A stretch of DNA of 57,627 nucleotides from IMG/VR virus record IMGVR_UViG_3300037847_000264, positions 1 to 57,627 of that record; one strand, written 5' to 3'. The number at the start of each line of letters is the position of its first letter. Position 1 is the stretch's first letter. The translations under genes and the position numbers were made by a program. The notes beneath the pieces are model-generated. The model did not search any database. It had not been told where the DNA came from and saw nothing but the letters and a program-made list of their open reading frames with translations. Positions 53,302 to 57,627 of the stretch are shown piece after piece. Source of the stretch: a virus (taxonomy: Duplodnaviria; Caudoviricetes).

Positions 53302-55725
53302 ATGCCTACCAATCGCCAAACATATCCCATTAAGTTTAGTGGTGGGCTTATAACTAATATGAGTCCTTTGCAGCAAGGTATGGAAATGCCTGGATCTGCA
53401 CGTATTCTTAGAAACTTTGAACCATCTATCGAGGGTGGATATAAACGAATACTAGGCTACGATAAATACGATCTAGATATTATACCACCTTATGGTATAC
53501 CTGTCGTACATGGTGCATCACAAACTGGTACAAGTTTAGCTCTTGCAAATATTAGACAAACACCAGAAACAGGTGATAAGTTTAAACTAGTGCATGGCAC
53601 TGCAAACATAAATGGCACATCTACTATTGGTACTTCAAATGGTCCAACTGCTCTTGTTAATGGTGCAGTAACAGCAGACAATACTATTATTGTAGATACA
53701 GTTGCTGCAGGTACTATAGCAAAAGGTCAGGCTGTAACAGGTGTAGGTATTGGAAGTAATGTTACAGTATCTAGTGTTACAGCAGGAGCAGCAGGTAACT
53801 TTACTGTAGTGTTAAATAGTAATGTAACTGTTGCAGATAACTTAGCATTACAGTTTACTTTTAAAACTACTACCTTTGCAATAGATGGTATAACAGGTAC
53901 AATACAAACAGGTATGGAAATTGTTGGCACTGGTATTCCAAGAGGAACAACAGTACAAGCTTTTTCATCACCAAATATTACAATAGGTAGTGCAGCAGAT
54001 ACACTATCATTAGTACTTACAGATGATACTGCATTAGAGTTTAAAACTGAGTATACCATTGGTGCAAGTGTTACTTTTGACGATGATGATAATAGAGCAA
54101 CTGTAGATATATCACCTACTCTTGTTGCCTCACCTGCTAACGGAGATGATGTAGAGTTTACAAGTACAACTACCAAACATCTTACAATAGGGTGTGGTGT
54201 ATTTCTTGACTCAGTTATTGTAGCTAGAAACGAAAGTTTAGTTAAAACATCTGGTACTGGGTTCTCACTAGTAAATGTACCTACATACGGAACTGTATTA
54301 GTAAACGGTGCATCACAAACAGGAAGCAGCTTAGTTGTAGATGGATTAGATTCTACACCACAACTAGGCGATGTATTTAAAATTGCAGGTGTAGATAAAA
54401 TATATACAGTAACTGCAACACCAACAGTTACATCAGGTGGAGCTACAATAGCAATAGATCCTGCACTAGCAAGCTCTCCTGCAGATAATGCTGTTATAAC
54501 TTTTTTAAGTACGTCAAGAGAAAATGCTGGTAAAACTAGATTTTCTAGGTATAACTATACGGGAACAGAAAAAATTGCTATAGTTGATGGTATTAACGTT
54601 CCTGCACTATACAATGGTTCTCAGTTTACAGCACTTAACGATGCACCTACAGATGTAAATGCAGCAGAGTTTGTAGTAAGTTTTAAAAATCACTTATTTT
54701 TTGGTAAAAATAACTTACTAACTTTTACTGCTCCCTTTACAGATACTGACTTTACAGCAGCTAATGGTTCTGGTACAATATCTGTAGGAGCAAACATTAC
54801 TGGTCTAATCGTATTTAGACAACAGCTTATTATCTTTACTGAGTCATCTATATTTCAACTACTAGGAAATACTTTAGGTGATTTTAACTTACAACCAGTA
54901 ACAACTGATATTGGTTGTGTAGATAAAGACACAATACAAGAAGTTGGTGGCGATGTAATGTTTCTTGGTCCAGACGGTCTAAGACTTTTAAGTGCTACAG
55001 AAAGACTTGGTGACTACGGACTAGGTGTTGTATCTAAAACAATACAAAAAGAAGTAACAGACTTTATTACAGCCAACACTTCTTTTACTAGTGTAGTTAT
55101 ACGTGATAAGTCGCAGTACAGAATATTAGGTTACAATAATAATATTGCTGAGGCTAACGCTCAAGGCATACTTGGCACACAGATGGCAGGTCAAGGTGGC
55201 GAGGGAATGGCTTGGGCAGACTTGAGAGGAATAAGAGCATACGTAGCAGATAGTAGATTCTTTCAAAATGCAGAAACAATAGTATTTGCAAATGATGATG
55301 GTTACTTATATCAGATGGAAGAAGGTAATAGTTTTGATGGAGATAACATTCAAACAACTTTTGCTACACCTTATATGCCAATTAACGATCCAAGGGTACG
55401 TAAGACATTTTATAAAATGTTTTTATATACCGATCCGCAAGGTAGTGTTTCATTTGATGTAAGTTTAAAACTAGACTTTGACCAAAAAAATAGTGTGCAA
55501 CCTACAAAGATTGACTTTAATAATGCTACAGGAACGGTTGCATTTATGGGTGCAGCTACATTTGGATCATCAGCGGTGTATAGCTCTAAACTAAAAACAT
55601 TATTTGAAACTCAAATTATAGGATCAGCTTTTGTCGTATCTCTACAGTATACATCAGACAGCGTAGATCCACCGTTTTCTTTAGACGCTATAACATTAGA
55701 ATACGCTACAAACACGAGAAGGTAA
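53302..55725 (+). CDS. Tail nozzle/stabilisation protein with inserted repeated beta domains
   Basis: GGL...NFEPSIEGGY.RI.G start, propeller-like C-terminal half, GASQTG repeats. Confidence 0.65.
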   Translation: MPTNRQTYPIKFSGGLITNMSPLQQGMEMPGSARILRNFEPSIEGGYKRILGYDKYDLDIIPPYGIPVVHGASQTGTSLALANIRQTPETGDKFKLVHGTANINGTSTIGTSNGPTALVNGAVTADNTIIVDTVAAGTIAKGQAVTGVGIGSNVTVSSVTAGAAGNFTVVLNSNVTVADNLALQFTFKTTTFAIDGITGTIQTGMEIVGTGIPRGTTVQAFSSPNITIGSAADTLSLVLTDDTALEFKTEYTIGASVTFDDDDNRATVDISPTLVASPANGDDVEFTSTTTKHLTIGCGVFLDSVIVARNESLVKTSGTGFSLVNVPTYGTVLVNGASQTGSSLVVDGLDSTPQLGDVFKIAGVDKIYTVTATPTVTSGGATIAIDPALASSPADNAVITFLSTSRENAGKTRFSRYNYTGTEKIAIVDGINVPALYNGSQFTALNDAPTDVNAAEFVVSFKNHLFFGKNNLLTFTAPFTDTDFTAANGSGTISVGANITGLIVFRQQLIIFTESSIFQLLGNTLGDFNLQPVTTDIGCVDKDTIQEVGGDVMFLGPDGLRLLSATERLGDYGLGVVSKTIQKEVTDFITANTSFTSVVIRDKSQYRILGYNNNIAEANAQGILGTQMAGQGGEGMAWADLRGIRAYVADSRFFQNAETIVFANDDGYLYQMEEGNSFDGDNIQTTFATPYMPINDPRVRKTFYKMFLYTDPQGSVSFDVSLKLDFDQKNSVQPTKIDFNNATGTVAFMGAATFGSSAVYSSKLKTLFETQIIGSAFVVSLQYTSDSVDPPFSLDAITLEYATNTRR

Positions 55726-55729
55726 AAAT

Positions 55730-57286
55730 ATGGGAACAGGCTACACACGTAACGACACAGCAAATAACATTGCTGATGGTAACGTTATTAACGCTGCCGA
55801 TTTTGATGGTGAATATGACGCTATTGAAGCTGCATTTAATTCGTCTACAGGCCACACACACGATGGTACTGCTGCAGAAGGTGGTGCTATTACAGTTATT
55901 GGTCCTGCCCAACAGCTAGTAGCAACATCTACATCTATTAATCCAAGTACAAACGCAGGGTTAGACTTGGGTACATCATCATTACAATTTAAAGATTTGT
56001 ACGTTGATGGTGTTGCATACATAGACAGTTTTAGTGGAGACATGTCTGTTGCCACAAACAATAAGTTACAATTTCGTGATGCAGACTTATCCATTAACTC
56101 TAGTGCAGATGGTCAATTAGATGTTGCAGCAGATACTACAGTAAAGATTACATCACCAGAAGTTATTATGACAGATGATGTAAGACTAAAAAGTGATGCT
56201 TCTATTCTTACATTTGGTGCAGACGATGATGTTAAACTTACACACGTAGCTGACACAGGTCTTGGTGCTACAGCAGCTAGTGGGTTTCAACTATCATTAC
56301 AAACATCTGACATTTCTGTAGACAGTGGTAATACAATCGGTAAGATTAGTTTTAATGCTCCACTAGAAGACAGTGGTACAGATGCTATACTTGTAGGTGC
56401 TGAGATAGAAGCACAAGCAGAAGCTAACTTTGGTGCAGCAGATAACTCTACTGCCCTTATATTTAAAACAAATACAAGTGCTGCAGCTACAGAGCGTATG
56501 CGTATTAAATCAGATGGTGACATTGTATTTACTGGTGCAGCATACAATATGACCTGGGATACCAGCGCCAATGCGTTAGACTTTGCAGATAATGCAAGTA
56601 TAGTTCTTGGTACAGGTAATGATCTTACAATTAAACATGACTCGTCTGATTCTTCTATAGTAAATACAACAGGGGAGTTGACAATACAAGGCGATGGTGT
56701 TACAATACAAAGTAACACTGGCACTGAAAAGTATATGGATATGGATGTTAACGGTGCGGTTAACTTATACCATAACAATGTAAAGAAAATAGAAACAACA
56801 GCAGATGGTGTAGACGTTAGTGGTGACATTAGCGTTGGTAATCTTAACGTAGATGGAAACACAGTATCTTCTACAGATACAAATGGTAATATAAACCTAT
56901 CACCAAATGGTACAGGCACTGTTGTAATTAATACTGATCTTGATGTAGATAATGTTAACATAAATGGTAATGCTATTACATCAACAGATACCAATGGAAA
57001 CATTGACATAAATCCGAATGGCACTGGTATCGTTAAACTAAAATATAACAATTCGGATGTATTAGTAACAAGTGCCACTGGTGCAACTTTGACAGGTGCA
57101 ATCGCTGCAACTACTTTTAGTGGTCAGTTAGATGGTACTATATCGTCAGCTACGACAGCAACAACACAGAGTGCAGGTGACGACAGCACAAAGATAGCAA
57201 CAACTGCATACGTTGATGGTGCTACTGGAACAACATCAACAGCATCAGATGCTTCTGCACTTGCATTCGCAATAGCTTTAGGGTAA
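55730..57286 (+). CDS. Tail fibre protein
   Basis: GHTHDGT..EG anchor, TERMRI motif, (STDTNGNI...PNGTG)x2, KIATTAYV. Confidence 0.75.
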   Translation: MGTGYTRNDTANNIADGNVINAADFDGEYDAIEAAFNSSTGHTHDGTAAEGGAITVIGPAQQLVATSTSINPSTNAGLDLGTSSLQFKDLYVDGVAYIDSFSGDMSVATNNKLQFRDADLSINSSADGQLDVAADTTVKITSPEVIMTDDVRLKSDASILTFGADDDVKLTHVADTGLGATAASGFQLSLQTSDISVDSGNTIGKISFNAPLEDSGTDAILVGAEIEAQAEANFGAADNSTALIFKTNTSAAATERMRIKSDGDIVFTGAAYNMTWDTSANALDFADNASIVLGTGNDLTIKHDSSDSSIVNTTGELTIQGDGVTIQSNTGTEKYMDMDVNGAVNLYHNNVKKIETTADGVDVSGDISVGNLNVDGNTVSSTDTNGNINLSPNGTGTVVINTDLDVDNVNINGNAITSTDTNGNIDINPNGTGIVKLKYNNSDVLVTSATGATLTGAIAATTFSGQLDGTISSATTATTQSAGDDSTKIATTAYVDGATGTTSTASDASALAFAIALG

Positions 57287-57292
57287 AATAAT

Positions 57293-57604
57293 ATGGCAAA
57301 CACATTTAAAAATTATGTAAGTAGTTCGGCTGTAGGCACTTCAGAGGTAACAATCTACACCGTACCATCAAGTACTACTGCAGTTATCATTGGTTGTAAC
57401 ATAGCTAATGTAACAAGTAGTCAAATAAGAGTCACTGTAAAGGTTGCAGATACACACGTTGTGAAAGAAGTACCTGTACCTGCAAACTCTGCAATATCTG
57501 TTTTAGACGGTAAAATAATTGCAGAAACAACAGACACTGTAAAGGTGACATCTAACACAGCAGCAAGTGCTGATGTAATCGTGAGTGCATTGGAGCAAAC
57601 ATAA
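57293..57604 (+). CDS. Small tail-fibre-associated protein (partial copy at 1-300)
   Basis: MANTFKN...YTVP motif; TAATG-coupled to the fibre gene that starts at 300 in the other copy. Confidence 0.7.
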   Translation: MANTFKNYVSSSAVGTSEVTIYTVPSSTTAVIIGCNIANVTSSQIRVTVKVADTHVVKEVPVPANSAISVLDGKIIAETTDTVKVTSNTAASADVIVSALEQT

Positions 57605-57627
57605 TGAGTAAATATATCGGTCCTCCT

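Noticed and set aside
51259-57078. Long antisense ORFs (51259-51765, 53727-54176, 56287-57078; also 8911-9579 and others)
   Set aside because: Shadow frames of codon-biased structural genes, with no RBS or recognisable motifs

Overview
This window appears to be a complete, circularly permuted ~57.3 kb genome of a tailed dsDNA phage, probably a podovirus. The last 323 nt repeat the first 323 nt. The likely host is a marine alphaproteobacterium (Roseobacter-like), judged from a DUF1127 gene, alpha-type LexA boxes and a class II RNR. There are two gene arms. The + strand arm (32.8 kb to the end, continuing 1 to 14.1 kb) carries lysis genes, a cluster of small basic proteins, terminase, portal, polyvalent/ejection proteins, scaffold, capsid, tail and four fibre-type genes. 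The - strand arm (31.8 to 14.1 kb) carries early genes, tRNA-Trp, a DenV-like glycosylase, an M28-like peptidase, a tyrosine integrase, a PAPS-reductase-like protein, ThyX, primase-helicase, PolA, SSB, nucleases, MazG, NrdJ and glutaredoxin. No phage RNA polymerase or clear CI repressor was seen. The most striking unexplained element is a ~560-nt densely base-paired non-coding region (31245-31810). It heads the early operon, lies downstream of two perfect alphaproteobacterial SOS boxes and a Fur/Mur-like palindrome, and runs into a 165-aa ORF: a candidate large ornate ncRNA-protein system. Also notable are a shared [FYM]-x-x-G-G motif across putative head-cargo proteins, an EF-hand membrane protein in the lysis cassette, and shared RNA elements in the scaffold and capsid leaders. 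All family assignments come from motif recognition by eye, not database searches.
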